36,454 nucleotides of DNA from Acidobacteriota bacterium (GCA_031418175.1 JANOWX010000865.1:1-36454), one strand, 5' to 3'. Shown: positions 1 through 9,694, counted from the first letter of the stretch. Made by a program: numbers and translations. The notes: generated from the letters alone by a model not told the origin.

Positions 1-115
1 CAGGATTAACAAGATTGTTAAGAGGATTAACAGGAAAGGGTTGAACACTTGGTCAGCACTGGGCAGTTTGAATCCTGTAAATCCAGCAGTAAATCCTGTC
101 CATCCTGTCTAAATG
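1..115. repeat. Cluster of short direct and inverted repeats at the window edge (REP-like)
   Basis: AGGATTAACA occurs at 2-11 and 23-32. ATCCTGT occurs at 72-78, 93-99 and 102-108. CAGGATT (1-7) is the reverse complement of AATCCTG (71-77). Non-coding, and truncated by the window start. Confidence 0.5.
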
Positions 116-140
116 CCTGATTGTTTTTGCCCGCCTACTT

Positions 141-596
141 ATGTGTGTAATCGTGGATACCAACGTAGCTTCAAAAGTATTTAGCGGCCCTCCCAATAAG
201 GATTTCGCGCCACTGCTCAAATGGCTGAATTGTCAAAGTGGTTGCTTGATTTATGGTGGGACGTTAGAAGCCGAGTTAAGGAAAGTGGAATCCGTGCGCC
301 GATTCATTGTCAGGTTGTCACAAGTGGGCCGCGCGATTTTGGTACCGGAAGATGAAGTCACGAATGAGCAAATAGCCGTTGATAGCCTGTCTCTTTGCCA
401 ATCGAACGACAGCCACATCATCGCACTCGCGCGCGTGAGTGGCGCACGCACGCTTTGCTCGCACGATGCCGCCTTACACACTGATTTCAAAAACCCCAAG
501 CTCATCTCGAAACCGCGAGGCAGCGTTTATCAGAACGCGGCGCATGTGAAACTGCTTCGCCATACCAAATCCTGTCCGCGCCACAAGCAGAAATAA
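141..596 (+). CDS. PIN-like domain protein (putative nuclease)
   Basis: 151-aa ATG ORF. N-terminal IVDTNV and C-terminal SHD..L..DF acidic motifs are arranged as in PIN-like nucleases. The stop TAA (594-596) lies 3 nt before the next start codon. Confidence 0.55.
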   Translation: MCVIVDTNVASKVFSGPPNKDFAPLLKWLNCQSGCLIYGGTLEAELRKVESVRRFIVRLSQVGRAILVPEDEVTNEQIAVDSLSLCQSNDSHIIALARVSGARTLCSHDAALHTDFKNPKLISKPRGSVYQNAAHVKLLRHTKSCPRHKQK

Positions 597-599
597 CGC

Positions 600-1955
<1,356 letters not shown>

Positions 1956-2052
1956 AGTTGCCATTCACGCTCAATTTGTTGGTCGTGTTTAGATTTGAGG
2001 CTAAAGGCTTGCTGATCACCTGAATTTTGTGTGTGTGTCGTACCAATGGACT

Positions 2053-2123
2053 ACGGATTTGACGGATGCCACCGCTGGGCACAGATCAACTCTGCCCCAG
2101 TCTGTCGCATCCGTTCAATCCGT
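2053..2123. repeat. Imperfect palindromic element between convergent genes (possible bidirectional terminator or REP)
   Basis: ACGGATTTGACGGATGC (2053-2069) pairs with GCATCCGTTCAATCCGT (2107-2123): 15 Watson-Crick pairs plus 1 GU out of 17. An inner CTGGGC/GCCCCAG stem is also present. Confidence 0.5.
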
Positions 2124-2178
2124 CGCCAATGCTGGCGGTGTCAAGGCTTGGAAAGGGTTGCGTCACGCGGGCATCGAA

Positions 2179-2463
2179 TTACGCCGCAGCGGGTGCGGCA
2201 TCTACATTTGGTGGGGGCGGCGCTTCATCCGCAACGCCACAGGCGCGGTCATCTTCCTGGCGGATTTTGCGGGCACGTTCGACGTGGCTTTCCATGCATT
2301 TGATCTCTTCGTCAATCAGCGTGTCCACGACGCTCTTGATGCCGGTCAGCACGTCTTTTTTGAACTTGGCGAGCTCGTCAGCGGTCTCTTCGGGCAGGAC
2401 GGCCCAGAGCGAACTAAACAGATCGCCCAGCGGGTCGAAAACGTGGTCTTGCGGTTCAGCCAT
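2179..2463 (-). CDS. Hypothetical small acidic protein, co-oriented downstream of queD
   Basis: ATG at 2463 is preceded by AAGGAG about 8 nt upstream. It lies 24 nt after the queD stop. 94 aa, helical/acidic with an Ala/Pro-rich tail. No family recognised. Confidence 0.55.
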   Translation of the reverse strand: MAEPQDHVFDPLGDLFSSLWAVLPEETADELAKFKKDVLTGIKSVVDTLIDEEIKCMESHVERARKIRQEDDRACGVADEAPPPPNVDAAPAAA

Positions 2464-2487
2464 TGTGTTACTCCTTGGTTTCAACGG

Positions 2488-2883
2488 TTAATCAATCGAG
2501 CAACTGACGACGCAGTTGTCGGTTTCCCAGATGCGCACCTTGTAAACCTGCAGGCGGTCGTTGTTGAGTTGCGCGCCGACTGCGCGCAGGAAGTAAGCGG
2601 CAATCTCTTCGGCGGTCGAATTGATCTCACGATCAAAGGGCGGCAGGTCGTTGATGTTGCGATGATCCAGGTACTCCACCACCTTGCCGGTCGCCGCTTT
2701 CAGCTCAGAGAAATCAATCAGCATGCCGATGTGGTCTAGCTTTTGGCCCCGCGCGTGGACTTCGACCTTGTAGTTGTGGCCGTGCAGGTTGGCGCATTTG
2801 CCCACGTAATCGCGCAGGTAATGCGCCGACGAAAAGCTCATTTGGATCATGACTTCGTGCTGCATCGGCGGCGAGTATAGCAC
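2488..2883 (-). CDS. queD: 6-carboxy-5,6,7,8-tetrahydropterin synthase (QueD / PTPS family)
   Basis: FSSAHYL plus the C-x3-HGH-x-Y motif (KCANLHGHNYKVEV) and ETDNC near the C-terminus are typical QueD zinc and catalytic residues. The true start may be the ATG at 2865. Confidence 0.88.
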   Translation of the reverse strand: MLYSPPMQHEVMIQMSFSSAHYLRDYVGKCANLHGHNYKVEVHARGQKLDHIGMLIDFSELKAATGKVVEYLDHRNINDLPPFDREINSTAEEIAAYFLRAVGAQLNNDRLQVYKVRIWETDNCVVSCSID

Positions 2884-2887
2884 GCAG

Positions 2888-2915
2888 GAAAGTCGAAAGT
2901 TGAAAGTTCAAAGGC
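2888..2915. promoter_or_regulatory. Tandem heptamer repeat in the queD/icd divergent intergenic region
   Basis: GAAAGTC (2888-2894), GAAAGTT (2895-2901), GAAAGTT (2902-2908) and degenerate CAAAGGC (2909-2915) are directly abutting. Confidence 0.35.
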
Positions 2916-2985
2916 CAGCCGCTAAAGTGACGGCGCGTTCAACCATGAACAATTGACCTACAACCGACGACTTCTAACGCAACTT

Positions 2986-3999
2986 ATGACACACAAAATC
3001 ACCCTCATCCCCGGCGACGGCATCGGGCCGGAGATCACCGGCGCCGTCGTGCGCATCATCGAAGCCAGCGGCGTTGACATCGAATGGGAGAGCTACATCG
3101 CGGGGGCCGAGGCGCTCGCGCGCTTTGGCGATCCGCTGCCGGACGACGTGCTCGAATCCATCCGCCGCAACAAGGTCGCGCTCAAAGGCCCGCTGACCAC
3201 ACCGGTCGGCAAGGGTTTCGCCAGCGTCAACGTGCGGCTGCGCAAGACCCTGGACTTATACGCCAACCTGCGCCCGGTGCGCACGCTGCCCGCGATCAAG
3301 ACGCCCTTTGGCGACCTCGATCTGGTCATCGTGCGCGAAAACACCGAAGGGCTTTACGCCGGCTTTGAACACATGGTCGTGCCCGGCGTGGCGCAAAGTT
3401 TGAAGATCATCACCGAAAAAGCCTCGACGCGCATCTCGCGTTTCGCTTTCGAACTCGCGCGCCGCGATGGCCGCAAGCGGATCACTTGCATCCACAAGGC
3501 CAACATCATGAAAGTCTCCGACGGCCTGTTTCTGGACTGCTTCCGCACGGTCGCGGAGCAATACCCGGAGATCCAAGCCGATGACCGCATCGTGGACAAC
3601 GCCTGTATGCAACTGGTGATGAACCCGCAGCAATTCGACGTGCTGTTGCTGGAAAATCTTTATGGCGACATCGTTTCCGATTTGGCGGCCGGCTTGGTTG
3701 GCGGTCTGGGCGTAGTGCCGGGCGCAAACATCGGCGAACTGGGCGCGGTGTTTGAAGCCGTGCACGGCAGCGCACCCGATATTGCGGGGAAGAATCTGGC
3801 CAACCCGACAGCGCTATTGCAATCAGGGATTCAGATGTTGCGCTATCTGGGCGAACCTGTGGCAGCCAATTGGATTGAAAAGGCGCTGTTTCACACGCTC
3901 TCGTCAAAGAGCATTCGCACGCGCGATCTGGGCGGCACGGCGCATACGACGGAGTATACGGAAGCGATTGTGGCTTCGATGAAAGAGCTTGGGACCTGA
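2986..3999 (+). CDS. icd: Isocitrate dehydrogenase, NAD-type (isocitrate/isopropylmalate dehydrogenase family)
   Basis: [14 protein letters not shown]-terminus, [14 protein letters not shown] and [27 protein letters not shown] motifs. About 337 aa from the ATG at 2986 (the ORF opens at TTG 2953). Confidence 0.88.
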   Translation: MTHKITLIPGDGIGPEITGAVVRIIEASGVDIEWESYIAGAEALARFGDPLPDDVLESIRRNKVALKGPLTTPVGKGFASVNVRLRKTLDLYANLRPVRTLPAIKTPFGDLDLVIVRENTEGLYAGFEHMVVPGVAQSLKIITEKASTRISRFAFELARRDGRKRITCIHKANIMKVSDGLFLDCFRTVAEQYPEIQADDRIVDNACMQLVMNPQQFDVLLLENLYGDIVSDLAAGLVGGLGVVPGANIGELGAVFEAVHGSAPDIAGKNLANPTALLQSGIQMLRYLGEPVAANWIEKALFHTLSSKSIRTRDLGGTAHTTEYTEAIVASMKELGT

Positions 4000-4011
4000 G
4001 GCTGAAGCATT

Positions 4012-4221
4012 ATGGAGATAGAAAACACCTTGTCAGTAAAACGCGTGGATCGGAGCGTCTTTTCGGTTAGCTCCGCCTTCGATGATTGCGCAGACGATGC
4101 GTATTGGTTGTCGTGCACGCCGCAGGAACGGCTAGAGCACGTCGAGCAATTACGCCGGATCAATTATGGCAACAGCGCTACCGCCAGACTTCAAAGAGTT
4201 CTTGAGCTTGCTCAACGCTAA
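4012..4221 (+). CDS. Small hypothetical protein overlapping the downstream nucleotidyltransferase-fold gene
   Basis: 69-aa ATG ORF. Its C-terminal ...ERLEHVEQLRRINYG...ARLQRVLELAQR resembles small proteins I recall next to this nucleotidyltransferase family (recollection only). Confidence 0.4.
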   Translation: MEIENTLSVKRVDRSVFSVSSAFDDCADDAYWLSCTPQERLEHVEQLRRINYGNSATARLQRVLELAQR

Positions 4222-4612
4222 CGAGGTTCGCTACCTGCTCATTGGCGGTTACGCAGTGGGTTATCACGGCTATCCGCGTGCCACCGGAGATATGGACATC
4301 TGGCTTTACGTTCATCCGGACAACGCCAAACGAGTAGTAACAGCGTTGCGGCAGTTCGGCTTCAGCACGCCTGAATTATCGGAAAACCTGTTTCTCCAAG
4401 AGAAAAGCCTGGTGCGTATGGGGATGCCGCCGCTGAAAATTGAATTAACGACCTTCATTGATGGCGTTCTGTTCGACGAATGTTATGCCAACCGTGTGGT
4501 TGATTTCCTTGATGGGATAGAAGTCAGCTTGATCAGCCTGGAACATCTGAAGGTCAACAAGAAAGCCAGCGGCAGGTTTAAGGATTTGAACGACCTGGAG
4601 CATTTGCCTTAA
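4166..4612 (+). CDS. Nucleotidyltransferase-fold (MNT-like) protein
   Basis: LPPDFKEFLSLLNANEVRYLLIGGYAVGYHGYPRATGDMDIW is the GG...G-x-R-x-T-x-D-x-D signature of minimal nucleotidyltransferases. C-terminal KASGRFKDLNDLEHL. Confidence 0.7.
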   Translation: MATALPPDFKEFLSLLNANEVRYLLIGGYAVGYHGYPRATGDMDIWLYVHPDNAKRVVTALRQFGFSTPELSENLFLQEKSLVRMGMPPLKIELTTFIDGVLFDECYANRVVDFLDGIEVSLISLEHLKVNKKASGRFKDLNDLEHLP

Positions 4613-4621
4613 GACGACAAG

Positions 4622-4663
4622 AGCAGCGCGGCGTTGCTTCAATTCGATCAACGGCGCGCTGCT
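4622..4663. terminator. Hairpin between convergent genes (candidate bidirectional terminator)
   Basis: AGCAGCGCG (4622-4630) pairs with CGCGCTGCT (4655-4663), followed by TTTA. It lies between the nucleotidyltransferase stop (4612) and the cupin stop (4679). Confidence 0.4.
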
Positions 4664-4678
4664 TTACGGTGCGAACGT

Positions 4679-5005
4679 TTACTTGAAATTCGGATTCGGC
4701 GTCATAAACACCAGCAACGTCAGCCGCGTATCGCTGTTGTTTTTCACGCCGTGCACTGAGCCTGCCGGGGCGAAAACGATTTGCTGTTCGCCCAGTTCTG
4801 CCAACTCTTCATTCACCTGAAACGTGCCGCGCCCGTTCAGCACGTAATACAGCTTGTCTTCAGCCGCGTGCGCGTGCGCCTTTTGTTCTTGCCCAGGTTC
4901 GAGGCAATACACGTCGCAGAAAAAATTCCGCGTCTCAAACAGATTCAGCTTCTGCATCTTTTCGGCGGCAAAGCGCAGGTTGGCGAGCACGTCTTTATGT
5001 TCCAT
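4679..5005 (-). CDS. Cupin domain protein
   Basis: G-x5-HxH-x3-E-like (GQEQKAHAHAAEDKLYYVL) and G-x5-P-x-G-x2-H (FAPAGSVHGV) cupin motifs. ATG at 5005 with GGAGGA 7 nt upstream. Confidence 0.8.
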   Translation of the reverse strand: MEHKDVLANLRFAAEKMQKLNLFETRNFFCDVYCLEPGQEQKAHAHAAEDKLYYVLNGRGTFQVNEELAELGEQQIVFAPAGSVHGVKNNSDTRLTLLVFMTPNPNFK

Positions 5006-5042
5006 CGCAAATCCTCCATACAGCAACAGGCTTACGGCAACC

Positions 5043-5942
5043 TTATGGCAAAAGGGCAATGATGCGCACAGGCCCGCCCGTGCCGCCTTTGATCTTCATC
5101 GGCAACGCGATCAACGTTGCGCCGGTGGGCGGCACGCGTTCGAGAAAGGCGACGTTTTCCAGCCCGTAAATGTTCGCGCCGTTCAACACCTGGTGCGCAA
5201 TGAAATCCTTGCTCTGGCCGTAATCCAGGCTGGCAGTGTCAATGCCGACGCCGCTGGGCTTGCGCTCTTTGGCCAGGAATTCGGCGGCCTCTTTTGAAAT
5301 GCCGGGGAAGTGCAAATTGGCGGTATCGCCTTTTACAGCCGTGCCCAGATAGCGTTTTTTGTCCGGCCAGAATTGACCCCAGCCCGTTTGCACCAAGACG
5401 ATGGTGTTGGCGGGCAGCGGGCCGTAATCCTTTTCCCAGGCGTTGATGTCGGCGACGGTCAGCCGGTAATCGCGGTCTCGTTCGCAGGCTTTGCGGATGT
5501 CGATTTTGCTGGCCGGGCCGATCAGCCGTTGCAACGGCAACTCATCCATTGACGCTTTGCCTGCGCCGAAATGGATGGGCGCGTCCACGTGTGTGCCGCC
5601 GTGTTCGCTGGCGCTGTAACGCGCCGCCGTATACCAATATCCACCTGACTGGGCTGCCGTCTGGCCCCAAGATTCTTTCTCCCATTTGAAGGGCTGCGCG
5701 GTCGGCCAATAGATGGTCTGTTCGTCGAAGTTGTAGGTCAGGTCTACGACTTTGGCAGTATTGATGGCTCCAGTTGGCGCGGCGGCAGGTGAAGCGCTGG
5801 GCTGCGTTTGATCGTGCGCGCCTCTGTCAGGCGCATTGGTCGTGCGGTTCAGCGCAAAGAGCGCCAGGCCGGTGACGAGCAAGCCGGCGACGAAGGCGAG
5901 CAGTATTTTGTGATGATGATGCATAACGATTTTCCCGATCAC
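5043..5942 (-). CDS. Putative cyclase / arylformamidase-like hydrolase with N-terminal membrane anchor or signal
   Basis: SEHGGTHVDAPIHF motif of the cyclase (kynurenine formamidase-like) family, and a hydrophobic N-terminus. The start is either GTG 5942 (GTGA overlap with the upstream stop) or ATG 5924 (MHHHHK...). Confidence 0.82.
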   Translation of the reverse strand: MIGKIVMHHHHKILLAFVAGLLVTGLALFALNRTTNAPDRGAHDQTQPSASPAAAPTGAINTAKVVDLTYNFDEQTIYWPTAQPFKWEKESWGQTAAQSGGYWYTAARYSASEHGGTHVDAPIHFGAGKASMDELPLQRLIGPASKIDIRKACERDRDYRLTVADINAWEKDYGPLPANTIVLVQTGWGQFWPDKKRYLGTAVKGDTANLHFPGISKEAAEFLAKERKPSGVGIDTASLDYGQSKDFIAHQVLNGANIYGLENVAFLERVPPTGATLIALPMKIKGGTGGPVRIIALLP

Positions 5943-6562
5943 GCTTGCGGCACGGCCGTCCCGCGATACATCTCGGCCAGCAGGCGCGGCGATTTGGGCA
6001 GCAGAAAGCGGTCAAGTTCGGCGATGTCAAAACCCGCCTCAGCGATCAGCCGGTCAATGGGCCGGTTCATGTTGCACCCCACGCCGATGATTTTTTGCAG
6101 CGGGTTGAAGCGATCCTGTCGGCGCGCAACTGCCGGATCAGCGCTGCGCCCGTGTTCAAAGAAGATAAATTGCCCGGCCGATTTTAACACGCGGCGGATT
6201 TCAGCCAGTGCTGGCGCGGTGTTGGCGATGGAGCAAAGCGTGAGCGTCGAAACGACCGAATCGAACGAGTGATCTGCGAACGGCCAGCGGCCCTGCGCAT
6301 CCAGTTGCAGCTTCGTCACCGGCAGCGGGCAGGCGGCGATACGGCGCGCGACACGCCCTTGCAGCATGTTTTCGGAATCGAAGACGGTCAGTTGTGTGAC
6401 TGCATCAGGATAGTAGGGCAAATTCAAGCCCGTGCCGAAACCGATTTCGAGCGTCGAGCCGCGCGCGGGCGCAAGCGCGCGCCGCCGGTATTTGCCGAAC
6501 TCCGGCGTGCCCAGCGTCCAATCGAGCAGGCAGGGGAAGATGAATTTTGCGTAGATGCCCAT
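5939..6562 (-). CDS. Class I SAM-dependent methyltransferase
   Basis: Motif I LEIGFGTGLN, post-I acidic FDSE and VVSTLTLCS. The likely start is ATG 6562 (MGIYAKF...) rather than the ORF opening at 6637. Confidence 0.82.
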   Translation of the reverse strand: MGIYAKFIFPCLLDWTLGTPEFGKYRRRALAPARGSTLEIGFGTGLNLPYYPDAVTQLTVFDSENMLQGRVARRIAACPLPVTKLQLDAQGRWPFADHSFDSVVSTLTLCSIANTAPALAEIRRVLKSAGQFIFFEHGRSADPAVARRQDRFNPLQKIIGVGCNMNRPIDRLIAEAGFDIAELDRFLLPKSPRLLAEMYRGTAVPQA

Positions 6563-6578
6563 TGACCGCAACGATGGA

Positions 6579-6677
6579 TTATTCCCCCGGAGTGGAATTG
6601 TTTTTCTTGTCGAGGTACATCTTGATACCTCCACCAATCATGATCAGGATTCCAAGCACAAACAGGGTTTCAAGCAT
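6579..6677 (-). CDS. Candidate 32-aa small membrane peptide (below the ORF-track cutoff)
   Basis: ATG at 6677 is preceded by AAGGAG 7 nt upstream. It encodes MLETLFVLGILIMIGGGIKMYLDKKNNSTPGE, one hydrophobic helix plus a polar tail. TAA at 6579-6581 is 16 nt before the methyltransferase start. Confidence 0.3.
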   Translation of the reverse strand: MLETLFVLGILIMIGGGIKMYLDKKNNSTPGE

Positions 6678-6842
6678 CGGTAAGCTCCTTTCTGTGAATG
6701 TAGCAGGGTTATTGTTGACTGATTGACAGGCTAGCAGAGACGGCCATACTTGTCACCGATTCACCGGACACTGGCGGCCGGGCTGCCTGTCTGACGTGGA
6801 CTATGGTTGAGCGGGCGATTACCAATCAAGGAGCGAGCGCCG

Positions 6843-7265
6843 ATGACGACCGAACCTGATGGCGGGAAATGTGTAGCGTGCGACTTTGTCGCCGCAAATC
6901 CAGCCGGACGGTGTCCGCGTTGCAATCGTCCTTGGCAAACAACTCAACAGGTGCGCGGGCGTGGTGTCGCGTTGATCGTGCTGGGCGGCTTGCTGTCAGG
7001 TGGAATGGCATATCTGCTGCTGTGGATGGGCAGCGCCATGCATCCTGAGATCAGCAAAACGAGCAATTCGTTCACGAGCACACGCAGCGCTGCGGCCTTC
7101 ATCTTCGTGATTCTCGGCGCTATCCTGGCGCTCGGAATAACGGGCTTTATCACAGGCGTCTGGCAGGTCGTGACCGGGCGGGTCAATCGGGCGCTAAGGA
7201 TAATGCTGCTGGCAGAGGGCTTGCTGGTGCTGGCGCTGGCGCTGGCCTTCTATTTCAAAAGCTAG
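6843..7265 (+). CDS. Membrane protein with N-terminal zinc-ribbon (CxxC...CxxC)
   Basis: ATG 6843 follows an AAGGAG-containing region. CVACDF...CPRCNRPW is followed by three hydrophobic segments. Confidence 0.6.
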   Translation: MTTEPDGGKCVACDFVAANPAGRCPRCNRPWQTTQQVRGRGVALIVLGGLLSGGMAYLLLWMGSAMHPEISKTSNSFTSTRSAAAFIFVILGAILALGITGFITGVWQVVTGRVNRALRIMLLAEGLLVLALALAFYFKS

Positions 7266-7306
7266 ATCGGTTTTCACTTCGGTATACGAGAAAGAGGCGG
7301 GGAATC

Positions 7307-7411
7307 GTGTCAGTAGCCCGCGCGTAAGCAAGGGCTGCCTTGGCGTTGTACCCATTGAATCAAGGTACCCAATCTGAATGCAGCCCTTGCTTACGCGCGG
7401 GCTACTGACAC
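7307..7411. repeat. Perfect 32-bp inverted repeat with 41-nt spacer (long hairpin, REP/MITE-like)
   Basis: 7307-7338 (GTGTCAGTAGCCCGCGCGTAAGCAAGGGCTGC) is the exact reverse complement of 7380-7411. Intergenic, and not seen elsewhere in the window. Confidence 0.85.
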
Positions 7412-7641
7412 TGACACACCGTACACCCAACTGAAAACCGACCTAAAGTCCGGCAGCGCGCGCGCCCCTTGTAGTAGCGAGTTTATGCGCTCCGGCCCGC
7501 TTCCAAAGCAACGAATAAATCCGTGACTACCAGGGGCAATGTCCCTAATCCAGTTCAAGCAGCCCTTTACTTTTTCAAGACCGTTGACCATCACCGTGCT
7601 ATCTCAACAATCCCGCAGAGTCCCAATTTCAGAATGAATGT

Positions 7642-8307
7642 GTGGCTGAAAAAACTTGGGTGGCAGTTGTTGTGCTGGCCTGTTTGCTGAACTGGCCGGG
7701 CCGCGCGCAAACGTCTAAACCGTTGCTCAATCCTGCCGCCCCTGCGCTGAACGCCCGTGCGCCACGGCTTTTCGACGTGCGGCTGGAAACGAACAAAGGC
7801 GTCATCGTGATCGAAGTGCGCCGCGACTGGGCGCCGCTGGGGGCGGATCGTTTCTACAACCTGGTGCGCGCCGGTTATTACGACCAAGTGCGCTTCCACC
7901 GCATTCGCAAAGACACCTGGGCGCAATTCGGCATCAACGGCGATCCCAAAATCTCGAACGTCTGGCGTACGCAAACGATACCCGACGACCCGCCAGCGGG
8001 CATCTCAAACCAGCGCGGCACGGTCGCCTTTGCCTTCGCCGTGCCGCATGGCCGCACGACGCAGGTCTTCATCAATCTGCGCGACAATGCGGCGACGCAT
8101 GACAAAGAGCCGTTTGTCCCGTTCGGCAAGGTCATCGAAGGTCTGGACGTGGCTGACAAACTCAATGCCGAATATGGCGAAACGGCGGGCGGCGGTATTC
8201 GTGGCGGCAAACAAGCGCCGCTCTTTGAGGGCGGCAATGCCTGGCTCAACCAAAACTTCCCACGGCTCGATTACATCGTTCGCGCCACGGTGGTGAAGCA
8301 CAAATAA
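7642..8307 (+). CDS. Secreted cyclophilin-type peptidyl-prolyl cis-trans isomerase
   Basis: Signal-like N-terminus. GVIVIEV...APLGADRFYNLVRAGYYDQVRFHRI...QRGTVAFA...QVFINL...PFGKVIEGLDVADKL matches the cyclophilin fold pattern. GTG start. Confidence 0.82.
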   Translation: MAEKTWVAVVVLACLLNWPGRAQTSKPLLNPAAPALNARAPRLFDVRLETNKGVIVIEVRRDWAPLGADRFYNLVRAGYYDQVRFHRIRKDTWAQFGINGDPKISNVWRTQTIPDDPPAGISNQRGTVAFAFAVPHGRTTQVFINLRDNAATHDKEPFVPFGKVIEGLDVADKLNAEYGETAGGGIRGGKQAPLFEGGNAWLNQNFPRLDYIVRATVVKHK

Positions 8308-8414
8308 CTGAAGAGTGTGCAAATAAACGACCTTGAACACAATAACAGGTTAGTCCTGGAAGGACTGCGCTCCCGGATTTATGCCCACACTTTCAAATAA
8401 CTCAGAGGAAAACT

Positions 8415-9653
8415 ATGTGTACTGACCGCAGGGAATTTTTGCGTTTGTCGGCGGCGGCGGCGGGCTTGGCTGTGTTTGAAGCGCCCGCATCCATTGCTCA
8501 AATGCGCCCGATCTCCGCAGGCGTCAAACCGATCGGCGACGACGAACGCCGCGCCCGCATCGCCCAAGCACAACGGCTGATGGTCGAAAACAAAATGGAC
8601 GCCGTCTATCTCGAATCGGGATCGAGCCTGTTTTATTACACCGGCGTGCGCTGGGGGAACAGCGAACGGATGTTCGCGGCAGTGCTGCCGGCGCGCGGCG
8701 AGTTGGCCTGGATTACGCCGAAGTTTGAAGAAGCGCGCGCCCGCGAACTGATCCGCTTCGGCCACGACATTCGCGCGTGGGAAGAAGACGAAAGCCCATA
8801 CCAAGTAGTCGCCGGCATTTTCAAAGATCGCGGCATCCGCGCGGGGCGCATCGGGATGGAAGAGCGCGTGCGCTTTTTCCTTTTCGACGGCATTCGACAA
8901 GCAGCGCGGCAACTCGAATACGTGAGCGCCGACCCGGTGACTGCCGGTTGCCGCATGATCAAATCGCCCGCCGAAATCGCTTTGCTGCAACGCGCCAACG
9001 ACATCACCATCGAGGCTTTCAAAAACGCCGCCGCGACTTTGAAAGAAGGCATGACCCAATTCGAGTTCGGTGCGCAGGTGAGCGCGGCCTTTCGCGCGCT
9101 CGGCAGCTCCGGCTCGGCGTTGATCGGCTTCGGTCAATACACGGCTTTTCCGCACGGCAGCATTCAGCCGCAGAAATTGAAAGAAGGCGACGTAGTGCTG
9201 ATGGACGGCGGCTGCGCGGTCGAAGGCTACCAATCCGACATCACACGCACCTTTGTTTTCGGCAAACCCACGCAGCGGCAACGCGACATCTGGAACCTCG
9301 AACGCAAAGCGCAGGACGCCGCGTTCGCTGCCGCGAAACCCGGCGCGACTTGCGAAGCGGTGGACGCCGCTGCGCGCAAGGTCATCGTGGATGCTGGCTT
9401 CGGTCCCGATTACAAAGTGCCCGGCCTGCCGCATCGCACCGGTCACGGCATCGGCCTCGACGGACACGAATGGACGAATTTTGTGCGCGGCAACAAAACT
9501 AAACTGCAACCCGGCATGTGTTTCAGCGATGAGCCGATGATTGCGATTTATGGCGAGTTCGGCATCCGATTGGAAGATTGTTTGTATATCACTGAAACCG
9601 GCGCAAAGATGTTCACGCCGCAAAGCCTTTCGATTGACCAACCCTTTGGCTGA
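8415..9653 (+). CDS. M24 family metallopeptidase (Xaa-Pro peptidase-like) with Tat signal
   Basis: Twin-arginine DRREFLRLSAAAAGLA. Metal ligand pattern DGGCAVEGYQSDITRT, HRTGHGIGLDGHE, SDEP and RLED. Confidence 0.9.
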   Translation: MCTDRREFLRLSAAAAGLAVFEAPASIAQMRPISAGVKPIGDDERRARIAQAQRLMVENKMDAVYLESGSSLFYYTGVRWGNSERMFAAVLPARGELAWITPKFEEARARELIRFGHDIRAWEEDESPYQVVAGIFKDRGIRAGRIGMEERVRFFLFDGIRQAARQLEYVSADPVTAGCRMIKSPAEIALLQRANDITIEAFKNAAATLKEGMTQFEFGAQVSAAFRALGSSGSALIGFGQYTAFPHGSIQPQKLKEGDVVLMDGGCAVEGYQSDITRTFVFGKPTQRQRDIWNLERKAQDAAFAAAKPGATCEAVDAAARKVIVDAGFGPDYKVPGLPHRTGHGIGLDGHEWTNFVRGNKTKLQPGMCFSDEPMIAIYGEFGIRLEDCLYITETGAKMFTPQSLSIDQPFG

Positions 9654-9676
9654 GGAGCAATCGTAATGCGCCCTTG

Positions 9677-9694
9677 TGAGTCATTTGAGTCATT
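9677..9694. repeat. Tandem 9-mer TGAGTCATT x2 upstream of the receptor gene (candidate operator or UAS)
   Basis: Exact abutting copies at 9677-9685 and 9686-9694. Confidence 0.5.

Noticed and set aside
2029-2739. 236-aa plus-strand ORF spanning the small gene and queD
   Set aside because: It is antisense to two minus-strand genes with good motifs and RBS, and its 5' part is translated palindromic repeat.
2884-2952. preQ1 riboswitch upstream of queD
   Set aside because: The leader is very short and consists mostly of the heptamer repeat. I could not see the preQ1 aptamer hairpin with an A-rich tail.
8379-9641. 420-aa minus-strand ORF covering the whole M24 peptidase gene
   Set aside because: The plus-strand product has the Tat signal and all M24 metal-ligand motifs. 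The antisense product has no recognisable features.
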